A stretch of 64,000 nucleotides of DNA, from contig CBFIAK010000002.1 of NCBI GenBank assembly GCA_965660445.1, positions 64,001-128,000 of the forward strand, written 5' to 3'. Under the pieces are notes generated by a model that saw only the letters and a program-made list of their open reading frames with translations, had not been told where the DNA came from and did no database searches. The stretch comes from Patescibacteria group bacterium. GTDB taxonomy: Bacteria; Patescibacteriota; Gracilibacteria; UBA4473. Positions 28,350-39,618 of the stretch are shown one piece after another. How positions within the stretch are numbered: the stretch's first letter is position 1; each line of letters opens with the position of its first letter. The position numbers and the translations under genes are program-made.

Positions 28350-29819
28350 ATGCTTTCGTCTTTTTGGATAGGTTTTCTGGCGTGGCTTCAAGGATTTATG
28401 CCTTTTTTATATTCTTCAACAATCGAAAATCCAGTTGTTGTAAAAGATGTCCAACAGATTGAATCGGGAAACAATATTCAAAAACTTCCATCGATGGGGG
28501 TTCGACGTTTGCCAACTTATGAAGGACAACTTCGTGATATCCGTAGACTTATTGAACATGGGTATTATGCAGAAGCGTCAACAGAACTTTCTCGATTGTC
28601 TTATGATTACCCAGAAAAAATAGAGCCTTTTTTTTACCTTGCTGATATTTTGGTGCGTCGAGGTGACACAGCAGGGCTTTCTTCTTTAGTTGATCGTATT
28701 GCAACTCGGTTTCCCGATCATACCGTTGTGCGTATATTACAAGGACGTCTTGCTTTGTTGACTGGATTTGCAGAATACAATCGTTTTGTTGCAGATCTTG
28801 ATGTCAATACACTGCCCCCTCAACTTCGGGTCTATCAAGCATTTCTTTGGGCATTGCAGAATAATCATGAGAAAGCACAATCAGTATTACAACCATTGCT
28901 GTCGTTTGAAGTGAATGATGAACCTCGCACATCAGACGAGTATCAACAAACAATTTCTTCGGATTTCTATTTTGTGGTCGAAAGAATACTTCAAGAATAC
29001 GAATCTTTTTCAGTTTTGAGTGAAGGAAAACGGGCACATTTATTTGCTCTTCTTGGAAAAGTAGCAGGTGATGTTGATGAAACACGTATTATGCGTGCTT
29101 TTGCAGATCTAGCCTTAAAAGAGGATATGTCTTATATCGATGCATGGATTTTGAGAGGCTATAGCCACTTTTTAGAAGAGAATTACCAAAAGGCATTACC
29201 TGATTTTTATGAAGCATATCGACTTGATCCGGTTCGTCCGCAAACGGCTTACTTTTTAGCACTGTCTTTGATGCATTTAGAAAGAAATAAAGAAGCGATT
29301 GTTCTTTTTGAAAAAGCTTTAGAATATGGATTTCCGTTTTCTGAAGATGTTGATTGGAAGTTAATGGAAGTGTTTTTAGAAGAAGGAAAATTTGATATGT
29401 TGATTCCTTTGTATGAAAAATACATAACGATCGATGTGCCTGCTCAAAAAATAACAACGGCTTTTCATACACTTATCGATAAAGCAAATCGGAGTGATGT
29501 AGCTGTTGATATTGGCCAACGACTTGTTGAGGCGAGACCAACAAGCGTGTTTCATTTAAATATGTATGCGTGGGCTCTTATTGCTGATAGTCAGTTTGAA
29601 GAATCTTCTCGTATCCTTGATCAGGCAGACCAATCATATGAAAACCATCCACAAACAGCGCTTAATAGAGGGCTCTTATATGAAACACAGGGGGATATGA
29701 AAAACGCACAAGAATGGTACCGAAAAAGTTATGAAATGGGATCAAAAATTCCAGAGTTCGTATCTCTTGCGAATTTTGCAGCACGTCAATACAACCGTTT
29801 AGTTGATATGCCTCAGTAG
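28350..29819 (+). CDS. tetratricopeptide repeat protein
   Basis: AWILRGYSHF..ENYQKAL..F..AY.LDP and similar TPR units; N-terminal signal. Confidence 0.8.
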   Translation: MLSSFWIGFLAWLQGFMPFLYSSTIENPVVVKDVQQIESGNNIQKLPSMGVRRLPTYEGQLRDIRRLIEHGYYAEASTELSRLSYDYPEKIEPFFYLADILVRRGDTAGLSSLVDRIATRFPDHTVVRILQGRLALLTGFAEYNRFVADLDVNTLPPQLRVYQAFLWALQNNHEKAQSVLQPLLSFEVNDEPRTSDEYQQTISSDFYFVVERILQEYESFSVLSEGKRAHLFALLGKVAGDVDETRIMRAFADLALKEDMSYIDAWILRGYSHFLEENYQKALPDFYEAYRLDPVRPQTAYFLALSLMHLERNKEAIVLFEKALEYGFPFSEDVDWKLMEVFLEEGKFDMLIPLYEKYITIDVPAQKITTAFHTLIDKANRSDVAVDIGQRLVEARPTSVFHLNMYAWALIADSQFEESSRILDQADQSYENHPQTALNRGLLYETQGDMKNAQEWYRKSYEMGSKIPEFVSLANFAARQYNRLVDMPQ

Positions 29820-29822
29820 TAT

Positions 29823-30491
29823 TTATGATTTGATTTGAAGTTTCTCCAGAACGAGATTGAGTATTTCTTGTGCAATGTCTTCTCGGCGTCGGATTTCTCC
29901 AAATTGATCAACGTTTATTTTTACCCATCGAAAATCTTTTTCGCATTGTTGAAGTGCGATTTGTCGTACTCGTGCAAGATAGTTTTCATTGGCTTCATGT
30001 AAATCAGCGAGCCTGTTCTTTGCCTGATGTATCTTTCTTCGGGCTTCCATGCTTGCATCAAGAAAAATAACAAGACTTTCACGAGGAAACCCGAAAATGT
30101 CATATTCTAGTTTTGATACATATTCTATAAGTCTTTGAGATTCGGATTTTTTTTCTGTTCGTGCTGCTGTGTAGATAAGATTTGCGGTAACACTTCGATC
30201 AAAAATAACAACATCGTTTTCGAGTCTTAATTTTTCAATATCATCTATTTGTGCAAGCCTGTCTGCTGCATAAAGAGCGGCAATCATTTCAGGGGCAATA
30301 CTTTCCATGTTTCCTAATTCTCCTCGCAGATATGCTTCGAGCCTTTTTCCTGCAGAAGTTACCTTGTATCCGGGGAATCTTTTCCACCCCGCTTTTATGG
30401 AGTGTTTTTTTAAGTTTTCTAAGAGAATTTCTGTTTGAGTCGATTTTCCACAAGCATCAAGTCCTTCAAGTACAATAATAGGGGATTTCAT
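29823..30491 (-). CDS. tmk: thymidylate kinase
   Basis: IVLEGLDACGKSTQ, RFP, ALYAADR, IFDR, DLHE. Confidence 0.92.
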   Translation of the reverse strand: MKSPIIVLEGLDACGKSTQTEILLENLKKHSIKAGWKRFPGYKVTSAGKRLEAYLRGELGNMESIAPEMIAALYAADRLAQIDDIEKLRLENDVVIFDRSVTANLIYTAARTEKKSESQRLIEYVSKLEYDIFGFPRESLVIFLDASMEARRKIHQAKNRLADLHEANENYLARVRQIALQQCEKDFRWVKINVDQFGEIRRREDIAQEILNLVLEKLQIKS

Positions 30492-30709
30492 AAACAAAAC
30501 ATTAAGATTTCAGTTCTTATTGTATACCCTTGTTTTCGATGTTCCAAAAAATAATAGTTATTGTTTTTAAAAATACTTGACTTGTGTTTTATTTTGTTTT
30601 ATTTATAAAATAGTTTCGTACAAAAATGAAATTAAATTTTTAATAACTAAAAAAATCAAAGTTTCATTTTTGCGCGGACAAAAGTGGTTCTTTGAAAAGG
30701 AGTTTTTCT

Positions 30710-31396
30710 ATGATAAAACTAGGAGTTGAGTCAGTACCTGATTCAAGCGCTGTGGCGAGTAAGGCTTTAACAGACCTTGTTCGTTATGACACATTTATGA
30801 CTGTTCCAACAATTATGACACTTTTTTTTGTTGTTGCTGGAATGGTGTTGGTATTTGCATACCTATTTGTGTCGAATGACCATATTGTCAAACGTATTGC
30901 CCCTATTGGATTAATTGTCTTGATGTTCTTTGTGTACATCTTGCAAATTTTCCCACCACCTGGAGGAGAGGTTATTATTTACTTCCTCTCTGGGTATGCC
31001 ACACTTATTATTTTCCCAGTCTTTCTGTATTTAATCTATTTATACGCCCAACTTCAAAAAAAGAGAGGCGATAAAGAAGACGATACACTTGTTCTGCGGA
31101 ATATGGCAGTATTTGGGGTGTTGGCGGTTTCACTGTTTTGTTTCTTGTTTTTTTCTTTTGTCATTTTGTGGTCCCACACAGCAAGCGTATGGGGAAATCT
31201 CTTTGGAGGTTTTGTTATATCATTTGCGGTTATAGGATTTCTTTTTTTCTCGCTTTATGCGACAAAAAATGCGCATAAGGATAAAGAAAAATCATTTGAA
31301 ATTCTTTCTTTTACGGCAATTGTGTTTTGGGTTGTCTTCATGATTATCCCACTCATAATTACCACCATTATAAAAGGAGAATTCTTTAATTTCTAA
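30710..31396 (+). CDS. hypothetical multi-pass membrane protein
   Basis: About 6 hydrophobic segments; no recognised motif. Confidence 0.6.
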   Translation: MIKLGVESVPDSSAVASKALTDLVRYDTFMTVPTIMTLFFVVAGMVLVFAYLFVSNDHIVKRIAPIGLIVLMFFVYILQIFPPPGGEVIIYFLSGYATLIIFPVFLYLIYLYAQLQKKRGDKEDDTLVLRNMAVFGVLAVSLFCFLFFSFVILWSHTASVWGNLFGGFVISFAVIGFLFFSLYATKNAHKDKEKSFEILSFTAIVFWVVFMIIPLIITTIIKGEFFNF

Positions 31397-31491
31397 AATT
31401 CCCAACCACTTTCTTATAAACCTTTCTGTCCGTGCAGAAAGGTTTTTTTAAGATTTATTTTTATGGTATAATACTATCGAGTTCTATTCCT

Positions 31492-32484
31492 ATGAAATTC
31501 TTATTTTCGCATTTTGGTATTCCTTCTGCTCAATTTCTCTTTATTCGAGAAGGGTTTAAGGCAGGGGCTTCTGTGGATGTGCAAGCACAAGAATATGAAA
31601 ATTTGTTAGAAGAAACAAAACAAAGCTTAAACCAATCAAAAGAAACATTTCACCCTTTTCAAAACCAAAACTATGAATTCTTGTTTGATGGGGGAAATGC
31701 AGTTCTCGTTTCTACATTTTTAGCTCAGAAATTTGGAGAACCGACTCATTCATGGCGTAAGTCGGAACATCCAAAAACATTTTTTGTATTAGCTTTCTTA
31801 ACATCGCAAGGGGTAAATGTAAACAGCCCTCGATTTCTTCAAGGGAAAATGTTGTCTATTAAAAATGGAAATATAACATTTGGAGAAAAAGAAAAAATAA
31901 TGTCTTTGAATACTTCATCGGGAAAGGAAGTTGTATCATCTCCATCAAAAAATAATGATGATAATACCGATACTGATTCCGTGCATGTGGTATTAAACGA
32001 AGAAAAAAATGCTTCTCAAGAAAAAGCGGAGTCTTGGCAAGGGAACGAAAAGGTGTGTGTGTATCGTGAAAATGGAGCTATTCAGTCTTTTGAGGTAAAC
32101 GGAAAGGTGTATACTCATGCAGATTTGTGGTATTTATCAAAAAATCAGTTGTATCTGTTGTCAGAAGAAAAAATGTATCTTATTGATGAGCAGAATAATC
32201 ATTTGTGGGGTTGTGCGGTGCAAGAAGGTGTAGTATATGGGTTTGATGAGGTTGTTCTGCAGAATGATTCGATAGCCGCTGTTCGTATTGGAAAAAAATG
32301 GTCCCTGATTTCTAAGTATAACGAAATTCCTTTTTCTTATACGCTTCATGGGAAGAAATATACTCAATTTGATGGTATTACATATATGAAAAATGGAGAT
32401 ATTTTTCTCGAATTACAAGGAAATCAATATACCGTTTTACAACAGGATCAGCATCAATGGCAAAAAAAAGAGAAAATCTTTTGA
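31492..32484 (+). CDS. hypothetical protein
   Basis: Long ORF; C-terminal short beta-rich repeats (AAVRIGKKWSLI, weakly WG-repeat-like). Confidence 0.6.
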   Translation: MKFLFSHFGIPSAQFLFIREGFKAGASVDVQAQEYENLLEETKQSLNQSKETFHPFQNQNYEFLFDGGNAVLVSTFLAQKFGEPTHSWRKSEHPKTFFVLAFLTSQGVNVNSPRFLQGKMLSIKNGNITFGEKEKIMSLNTSSGKEVVSSPSKNNDDNTDTDSVHVVLNEEKNASQEKAESWQGNEKVCVYRENGAIQSFEVNGKVYTHADLWYLSKNQLYLLSEEKMYLIDEQNNHLWGCAVQEGVVYGFDEVVLQNDSIAAVRIGKKWSLISKYNEIPFSYTLHGKKYTQFDGITYMKNGDIFLELQGNQYTVLQQDQHQWQKKEKIF

Positions 32485-32519
32485 CTTTTTGTGCACTTGA
32501 GTAAAATTAGAGAGACATT

Positions 32520-33620
32520 ATGAAGTTTGTGATAACACAATCGGCACTTTTGGAGAGTTTAAAGGTTGTTTCTCGAGCAGTTTCGGGACACAACACGCTT
32601 CCTGTGCTTGGAAATATCCTTATTCGTGCGGAAGGTAAAAAAGTATATTTTCTGGGAACAAATCTTGAAATTTCTATTTCTACTTCTGCAGAAGCAACCG
32701 TTAAAAATGAAGGATCACTTACTGTTCCAGCAAAAATATTAACATCGTATGTATCACTTTTAGAAAAAGATGAAGATGTGGAAGTTTCTGTTTCTTCAGG
32801 TACAGCTCTTGATATTAAATCACAAAAATCAAAAACAAAAATCAAAGGTATTTCTGCTGATGAGTTTCCTTCTGTGGCGGAGGTAAAAGGAGGCACCGAA
32901 GTTGGTGTGCCTTCAGACCTTTTTCGATCAGCGGTTCATCAGGTGGCGTTTGCGGCACAAGAGAATTCTTCGCGTCCAATCTTATCTGGAGTGTATGTAT
33001 TGGGGAACAAAAAAGAACTGCGTATGGTTGCTACTGATTCGTATCGTTTGAGTGAAAAAGTAATTACTTTGAAAGAAGCGATTGATGATATTTCGTGTGT
33101 TATTCCAGTGCGAGCTGTCCTTGAAGCTGATCGACTTGTCGGTTCTTCAGAAACTGTTACGTTAAGAGTATCTGAAAACCAAGTGCTTTTCTCTGTTGGA
33201 AACACACAGCTTGTCTCACGATTGATTGATGGTCAGTTTCCTGATTACAAACAAATTATTCCGAAAAATGTAGCGACTTCTGTTGAAATTCAACATGCTG
33301 ATTTTGAATTGGCAGTACGCCGAGTATCTATTTTCTCGAAAGAAAATAATCAACATATGAAACTCAGTATTACAGCCGAAGGAATTATGAGTCTTTCGAC
33401 AGACGCTACTGAGATAGGAGAAGAAAAAGCGGAACTAAAAGTTTCTTTGAAGGGTGATGCCAACACTATCGCCTTGAATTCAGAATACGTATTAGACGTT
33501 TTGGGAGCTGTTTCTGATAAAACTATTACTCTTGAGTTAGCGTCATCATCAAGTCCAGCGGTGTTTCGATTGAGTAAAAGTAAAAACTTTACGCATTTGA
33601 TTATGCCTCTTAAAATGTAG
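32520..33620 (+). CDS. dnaN: DNA polymerase III beta clamp
   Basis: TLPVLGNIL, GTNLEISI, RPILSGV, VATDSYRL, SRLIDGQFPDYKQIIP, LIMPL. Confidence 0.97.
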   Translation: MKFVITQSALLESLKVVSRAVSGHNTLPVLGNILIRAEGKKVYFLGTNLEISISTSAEATVKNEGSLTVPAKILTSYVSLLEKDEDVEVSVSSGTALDIKSQKSKTKIKGISADEFPSVAEVKGGTEVGVPSDLFRSAVHQVAFAAQENSSRPILSGVYVLGNKKELRMVATDSYRLSEKVITLKEAIDDISCVIPVRAVLEADRLVGSSETVTLRVSENQVLFSVGNTQLVSRLIDGQFPDYKQIIPKNVATSVEIQHADFELAVRRVSIFSKENNQHMKLSITAEGIMSLSTDATEIGEEKAELKVSLKGDANTIALNSEYVLDVLGAVSDKTITLELASSSSPAVFRLSKSKNFTHLIMPLKM

Positions 33621-33710
33621 TGATTCCTGTTTGATTTTGATCAAGCTGGGGTTAGTGTATTTTAAAACAGAGTTCTTCTTCTTTTTTTATAATTTTTACT
33701 TTTTTGGGGA

Positions 33711-36700
33711 ATGTCGCCTTTTGTGCAGGAGTCTTTTGTGTTGCCTTTTTCTCTTGATCTTACTATAGAACGAGATTTTTTGTTGTCCCATAACCATTTA
33801 ACACTGGTGAATGTTGGCAATATCGGGGCAAAAATGTTTACGTTGCAACAATTGCTCGCATCAACATCGTTTCAAAATATGTTCTTTGGGTCATCTGACG
33901 AGCAACCAGATCAAGTTGCTTCAGCGAGTAGTGTTTTTTTAAATGCTCATGTGCATGTTGTTCCAGAGAAAGTTACACTGGGTGATTTTTATACACTTCG
34001 TCGGTTATTGTCATCTTCTGAAAAAACATTGTTTGTATTCGAAAATATTCATTCGTTCCTTCAGCAGTCATTTCCTGTGTCAAAAGTATTGCAAGAGAGC
34101 ACTTTGTCATTATCTGTTGGAGAAACAAAAAAAGTGTTTGATATATTCGCTCAATTGGAAGATATTGGATACACGCCTGCACGTTATGATGATGTGCAAT
34201 CAGGAGAGTTTCTTCGCAAAGGCGATACCTTGCTTGTGTTTCCTCCCAATGAGTCATCTTGTATAAAAATTGATTTTTTTGGTGATCAAATCGAAACTAT
34301 AAGCAATACCAAAAACCAATCTTTTCAATCAATCGATTTATTCCCTGCTCATGTTTTGGGGGAGTCTGTTCCGTTTTTTCAACAAAAAGATCTGTTGAAC
34401 AGTTCGGTATTTATAAACGATGATTTGGATATCTCATTTTCTTCTCCATTCCCTATTGCACAGGTGCTTTTTACGACGTTTCCTCAAGAAAAAGAACGGT
34501 TTTTTCATTTGAATTTCTTTTCAGTACTTCCGTTTTATACTGTTTTAGACTTTGTTGTTGATATAAAAGAACGACTTCGTCGAGGATATACAATTGTCAT
34601 TCTTACAAAACGGTTTGATGAACTTGAACGTCTGTTTCGAGAACATCATATTATGTTTACTTCAAATTTAGGAGAAAACTATCCGTCAACGGTACAGCTT
34701 ATCCCCCATAAAGAAGAATATTTTTTACCGCATTCTTTCCAAAATAATGATAAGTACTTATTGCTTCTTACTGATCGTGAGATTTTTAAGTTTTCACGAT
34801 CATCACAACAAAAAAAATCAGTTTCTGGGTTAAATCTTGATATTATGACCAGTTTAAAACCCGGAGATGCTGTTGTTCATATGGAACATGGTATTGCCGA
34901 GTTTAGAGGTATTGTTCGGCGTGACTTGGGAGAACAGCTTGGTGTTCGTGAGTTTTTAGAGCTGCAATATGCGGGAAATGATAAACTCTTTGTACCGGTT
35001 GAGTCTGCCGATAGAGTTACAAAATTTATTGGTGATGAGTTACCAAAACTTACTCGGTTGGGAGGTGTTGATTGGCAAAAAACAAAGACAAAAATTAAAG
35101 AAGACGCTATTCGTATTGCAAAAGAGTTGTTGCATTTATATGCAAAACGAAAAATAGAAAAAGGGAGAAAATTTGTTGAAGACGACGCTATGATGCAAGA
35201 TTTTTGTGATGGTTTTGCCTACGAACTTACGCCTGGTCAAGCACAATCATGGCAAGATATCCGACTTGATTTAGAATCATCTCGTCCCATGGATCGTCTT
35301 TTGTGTGGTGATGTTGGGTTTGGGAAAACTGAAATGGCGATGCGTGCGGCTTTTAAGGCATTTCGTTCGGGGGTACAAGCGGTTATTTTAGCTCCTATTA
35401 CCATTTTAGCAGAACAACACTATCAGAGTTTCTGTACGCGTATTGAAGGGAAAGAATATGGTGTTCGAGTGGCTCTTTTGTCTCGGTTTCAGTCGCCAAA
35501 GGAACAAAAAGATATTCTATCAGATATTGAACATGGGCTTGTTGATATTGTTATTGGTACTCATCGACTCCTTTCTGCAGATGTGAAATTTAAGAAACTC
35601 GGACTTATCGTTATCGACGAAGAACAACGATTTGGAGTAAAACAAAAAGAACAATTGAAGAAAATGAGGGCGAGTGTGGATATTCTTACTATGACGGCAA
35701 CACCTATTCCCCGAACCCTCAATATGGGGTTGAATAAACTGAAAGATATTTCAACTATAACCACCCCTCCACCAGGGAGATTGCCAGTGATTACTGAGGT
35801 AAGAAAATATGGTCCAAACTTAATTCGAGATCGTATTTTGTTTGAGATTGAGCGGAAAGGTCAGATTTATTTTTTGCATAATCGAGTTCAAACCATAGAA
35901 GCTCAGGCTCAGTATTTAAGAGATTTGGTTCCTGAAGCGAAATTTGTAGTGGCTCATGGGCAGTTATCAACTGATCAATTAGAAGAACGAATCCGATTAT
36001 TTAAAACGGGTGAGTATGATGTGTTGGTCGCTTCGACTATTATTGAAAATGGAATTGATCTTCCGAATGCGAATACATTGATTGTGAATGAAGCAGAACG
36101 ATTTGGGTTGTCTCAATTGTATCAATTAAGAGGACGTGTTGGTCGTCGTCGTACACAATCATATGCTTATTTCCTCTATCATGGGCAGAAACTTGTACTT
36201 GAAGCAAAAAAAAGACTTCGAGCTATTGTGGAAGCTTCAGAACTTGGGTCTGGGTTTCAAATTGCTATGCGTGATATGGAAATTCGAGGGGCAGGAGAGG
36301 TTTTGGGTGCAAATCAGTCAGGGGCTATGAAAACAGTAGGGGTGTCTCATTTTATGCGTATGCTCCAAAAAACGGTTGAAGAGATGAAATCAGGTGCTGT
36401 TTCGACAGATATTGATTCGCATGAGGAAGAAAATATTACCGTTGAGATCCCGATTTCAGCGTATATACCAGCACACTTTATTCCGAATGTGAATGAAAAA
36501 ATACAGGTGTATAAAGAAATATCATCAGCAACAACGTATGAACAAGTTGATGAAATTCAAAAAGATCTACGAGAAGATTACGGAAACCTTCCATTGGAAG
36601 TTGAAAATTTATGTAAAATTATTCGTTTGAAAATATTGTTAAGAGAGGTTCATGTTGTAGGTATTAAAGTAAATCGTGTATCTCATACAAAATTAGAGGT

Positions 36701-36878
36701 TGTATTGCGCCTCGGAACGAAATTTACGCCCGATCAGATTTTTGGGCTTATTCAGCATTCTCCTCGAAAATGGGTCATTACAGCGAACGCTTTAAAACTT
36801 ACACTTGATCACTTATCGGTTCATTGGTATAAAGAATTAGTTTCAGATATTGCTTTATTGAAACCACCGAAGAAATAA
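33711..36878 (+). CDS. mfd: transcription-repair coupling factor
   Basis: CarD-like PGDAVVHMEHGIAEF, MDRLLCGDVGFGKTE, DEEQRFG, TATPIPRTL, QLRGRVGR, C-terminal TRCF domain; N-terminus diverged. Confidence 0.95.
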   Translation: MSPFVQESFVLPFSLDLTIERDFLLSHNHLTLVNVGNIGAKMFTLQQLLASTSFQNMFFGSSDEQPDQVASASSVFLNAHVHVVPEKVTLGDFYTLRRLLSSSEKTLFVFENIHSFLQQSFPVSKVLQESTLSLSVGETKKVFDIFAQLEDIGYTPARYDDVQSGEFLRKGDTLLVFPPNESSCIKIDFFGDQIETISNTKNQSFQSIDLFPAHVLGESVPFFQQKDLLNSSVFINDDLDISFSSPFPIAQVLFTTFPQEKERFFHLNFFSVLPFYTVLDFVVDIKERLRRGYTIVILTKRFDELERLFREHHIMFTSNLGENYPSTVQLIPHKEEYFLPHSFQNNDKYLLLLTDREIFKFSRSSQQKKSVSGLNLDIMTSLKPGDAVVHMEHGIAEFRGIVRRDLGEQLGVREFLELQYAGNDKLFVPVESADRVTKFIGDELPKLTRLGGVDWQKTKTKIKEDAIRIAKELLHLYAKRKIEKGRKFVEDDAMMQDFCDGFAYELTPGQAQSWQDIRLDLESSRPMDRLLCGDVGFGKTEMAMRAAFKAFRSGVQAVILAPITILAEQHYQSFCTRIEGKEYGVRVALLSRFQSPKEQKDILSDIEHGLVDIVIGTHRLLSADVKFKKLGLIVIDEEQRFGVKQKEQLKKMRASVDILTMTATPIPRTLNMGLNKLKDISTITTPPPGRLPVITEVRKYGPNLIRDRILFEIERKGQIYFLHNRVQTIEAQAQYLRDLVPEAKFVVAHGQLSTDQLEERIRLFKTGEYDVLVASTIIENGIDLPNANTLIVNEAERFGLSQLYQLRGRVGRRRTQSYAYFLYHGQKLVLEAKKRLRAIVEASELGSGFQIAMRDMEIRGAGEVLGANQSGAMKTVGVSHFMRMLQKTVEEMKSGAVSTDIDSHEEENITVEIPISAYIPAHFIPNVNEKIQVYKEISSATTYEQVDEIQKDLREDYGNLPLEVENLCKIIRLKILLREVHVVGIKVNRVSHTKLEVVLRLGTKFTPDQIFGLIQHSPRKWVITANALKLTLDHLSVHWYKELVSDIALLKPPKK

Positions 36879-36991
36879 AATACTGTTTGGCATTATGTTT
36901 GGTCTTTTTTCAAGGAGAAATACGGACTTCTTCTTTTATTTTTCTTGAAGACTTATAGAATAAAAAGGCAATAAAACAGACATCAAAACAC

Positions 36992-38287
36992 ATGAAAGTT
37001 CTTATGATTGGATGGGAGTTTCCACCGTTTTTCTCTGGTGGACTTGGTGTAGTCACAAAGAACTTGGCCGTTTCTCTTGGGAAACGAGACCTTGAGGTGT
37101 GTTTTGCGTTACCGTATTATGTGCAAAAAAAAGTGCCTCACACGGCTATTCCCAATGGAGTTGATTTTGCTCGTTTTGATGACGAAACTATAGAAATTAC
37201 GCAATCAGTATCAATGCAGTATTTTCATACATCTATTCCTCATGCGTATGTTTCGCCAGAAGATTATGAGGAGCATTATCAGCAGGTGTTTTCAAAGCAT
37301 ATGCACCATACACAAGTTCATAAAAACAGTCATGAAGAGGTTCAAAATGTTGTTTATGGGAAAAATTTATGGCTCGAGATTGATCGATTTGCTCATCAAA
37401 TGGAAATGTTTGCTCGTAAGAGGCATTTTGATGTTATTCATGCTCATGACTGGATTACATTTGAAGCTGGAATTCGTTTAAAGAACGTTTTAAAGGTTCC
37501 GTTGTTATTACATGTTCATGCGACGGAAGTGGATAGAACGGGTGGAAATGTAAATATGTCTGTCTACGATCGAGAGAAATATGCATTTGAGTTCTGTGAT
37601 CGTATTATTACGGTGAGTCAGTACACGAAAAATATTCTTAGAGAACATTATGGTATTGATGGAGATAAAATTCAAGTTGTTCATAACGCTCATAATATTG
37701 AGCAGCCGCCTCATCATGCGTTGCCTCATTGGCTTAAGAAGAAACCAAAGGATGATTTTGTGGTGCTTTTTATTGGTCGATTAACGTTACAAAAAGGACC
37801 TGATTATTTTCTAGAGGTGGCAAAACGGGTATTACAGAAAAATAAACATATTAAATTTGTTATTGCGGGAACGGGGGATATGTATCATAGATTATTAGAG
37901 CATATCGCAACGTTTCGTCTTCATGATTCAGTGTTTCCGTTAGGGTTTATGAATGGTGCAGAGAAAGATATGGTTTATCGAAATGCAGATGTGTGTTTGA
38001 TTCCTTCGGTATCTGAACCGTTTGGTTTAATTGCTCTTGAAGCAGTAGAACATGGAGTTCCTGTTATTATTAGTACGAATTCAGGAGCACAAGAGGTATT
38101 ATTTCATTCCTTGAAGTCAGAGTTTTGGAACATTGATTTAATGGCAGAATACGTTTTGGCATTAGCGCAATATCCAGTACTTCGACGAATACTGGCTGAA
38201 GAATCGTATAAAGAAACTCGGCATTTAACATGGGACGCTCAGGCCGAAAAAATTCATGCTATTTATCAATCACTTCTTCCTTCTTAA
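36992..38287 (+). CDS. GT4 glycosyltransferase (glycogen-synthase-like)
   Basis: MKVLMIGWEFPP..SGGLG, HAHDW, HVHATE, GRLTLQKG, PSVSEPFG. Confidence 0.9.
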   Translation: MKVLMIGWEFPPFFSGGLGVVTKNLAVSLGKRDLEVCFALPYYVQKKVPHTAIPNGVDFARFDDETIEITQSVSMQYFHTSIPHAYVSPEDYEEHYQQVFSKHMHHTQVHKNSHEEVQNVVYGKNLWLEIDRFAHQMEMFARKRHFDVIHAHDWITFEAGIRLKNVLKVPLLLHVHATEVDRTGGNVNMSVYDREKYAFEFCDRIITVSQYTKNILREHYGIDGDKIQVVHNAHNIEQPPHHALPHWLKKKPKDDFVVLFIGRLTLQKGPDYFLEVAKRVLQKNKHIKFVIAGTGDMYHRLLEHIATFRLHDSVFPLGFMNGAEKDMVYRNADVCLIPSVSEPFGLIALEAVEHGVPVIISTNSGAQEVLFHSLKSEFWNIDLMAEYVLALAQYPVLRRILAEESYKETRHLTWDAQAEKIHAIYQSLLPS

Positions 38288-38300
38288 CCCTTTATTTTGT

Positions 38301-39605
38301 ATGGCTCAATCTGTTTGTTTTTACTTTCAAGTGCATCAACCTTTTCGACTCAATAAACGTTCATTTTTTGATGATGATTCGGTGCATGACGTTTTATTTG
38401 AAGGAAACGAAGAGTTTCAAAACAGAGCTGTTTTTGAGAAAGTAGCTCAGAAATGTTATTTACCAATGACAACATTGCTTTTGGAACTGCTTGATCGATA
38501 TCCGGAATTTCGGGTATCTTTTTCTCTTTCGGGAGTTTTCTTGGAACAATGTGAAACGTATGGTGATATTGGAGATGCTGTGCTGACTCAGTTTCAGGCA
38601 TTAGCACGAACTGGACAGGTCGAATTTTTAGCAGAAACATACCATCATTCTTTAGCATTTTTGCATTCAAAACTTGAGTTTGCAGAACAAATTCAACTTC
38701 ATAATGAAAAGGTCTATTCTTTGTTAGGAGTGAAACCGCGTATTTTTCGAAACACAGAACTTCTCTATAGTAATGAACTAGCAGAATTTATTCGTCATTT
38801 AGGGTTTGAAGCAATTTTAGCTGAAGGATGGCATACGGCGTTACCATTTGATAACCCGAATCATGTTTGGACAGCACAAAAAACAGATATTCATCCCCAT
38901 GATATTCGTATTGCCCGTCAGTTTGCTCCCGTGAACTTTTTTGGGTTTCGCAAACCTATTGCTTCTGATATAAAGGTGCTGTCTAAGAATTATGCACTTT
39001 CAGATGATATTGCGTTTCGGTTTGGAAACAAAGGATGGGCAGAACACCCACTGACCACAGAAAAATTTGCTACGTGGACACTCGATGCTCTTGGAGAAAC
39101 GGTGAATCTGTTTATGGATTTTGAAACGTTTGGGGAACATCAATGGGAAGATACTGGTATTTTTGAATTTTTTCGATATCTACCAAGTGCATTGCTCGAT
39201 AGAGGGATTACATTTCGTACCCCTTCAGAGACTATTCGTGATTTTGAACCAAAAGGAGTATTTTCTTCTCATGAGTTTGTTTCATGGGCTGACGAAAACC
39301 GTGATATTTCGGCATGGCTTGAAAACGATTTACAACGATCGGCGTTTGATGAAGTGGTGCGATTAGAAAAAATACTTCATACTCATAAAAACTCACGAAT
39401 ACCAGAAATAAAAAGTATTTTGAATGATTTTAGAAAACTACAAACATCAGACCATTTTTATTATATGTCTACAAAGTATTGGGCTGATGGAGATGTTCAT
39501 ACCTATTTCTCTGCTTATAAGTCTCCATATGATGCTTTTATAAACTACATGGTTGTCTTAGATTTATTAAAACGACGGATGAAATCTATGAAACTTATTT
39601 CTTAA
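38301..39605 (+). CDS. GH57 alpha-amylase
   Basis: FQVHQP, ETYHHS, FRNTEL, LSDDIAFRF, FMDFETFGEHQW, LQTSDHFYYM. Confidence 0.92.
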   Translation: MAQSVCFYFQVHQPFRLNKRSFFDDDSVHDVLFEGNEEFQNRAVFEKVAQKCYLPMTTLLLELLDRYPEFRVSFSLSGVFLEQCETYGDIGDAVLTQFQALARTGQVEFLAETYHHSLAFLHSKLEFAEQIQLHNEKVYSLLGVKPRIFRNTELLYSNELAEFIRHLGFEAILAEGWHTALPFDNPNHVWTAQKTDIHPHDIRIARQFAPVNFFGFRKPIASDIKVLSKNYALSDDIAFRFGNKGWAEHPLTTEKFATWTLDALGETVNLFMDFETFGEHQWEDTGIFEFFRYLPSALLDRGITFRTPSETIRDFEPKGVFSSHEFVSWADENRDISAWLENDLQRSAFDEVVRLEKILHTHKNSRIPEIKSILNDFRKLQTSDHFYYMSTKYWADGDVHTYFSAYKSPYDAFINYMVVLDLLKRRMKSMKLIS

Positions 39606-39618
39606 TTTTTCTTCCTGA

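Noticed and set aside
32520-33620. Replication origin near dnaN
   Set aside because: No dnaA and no cluster of DnaA boxes is visible.
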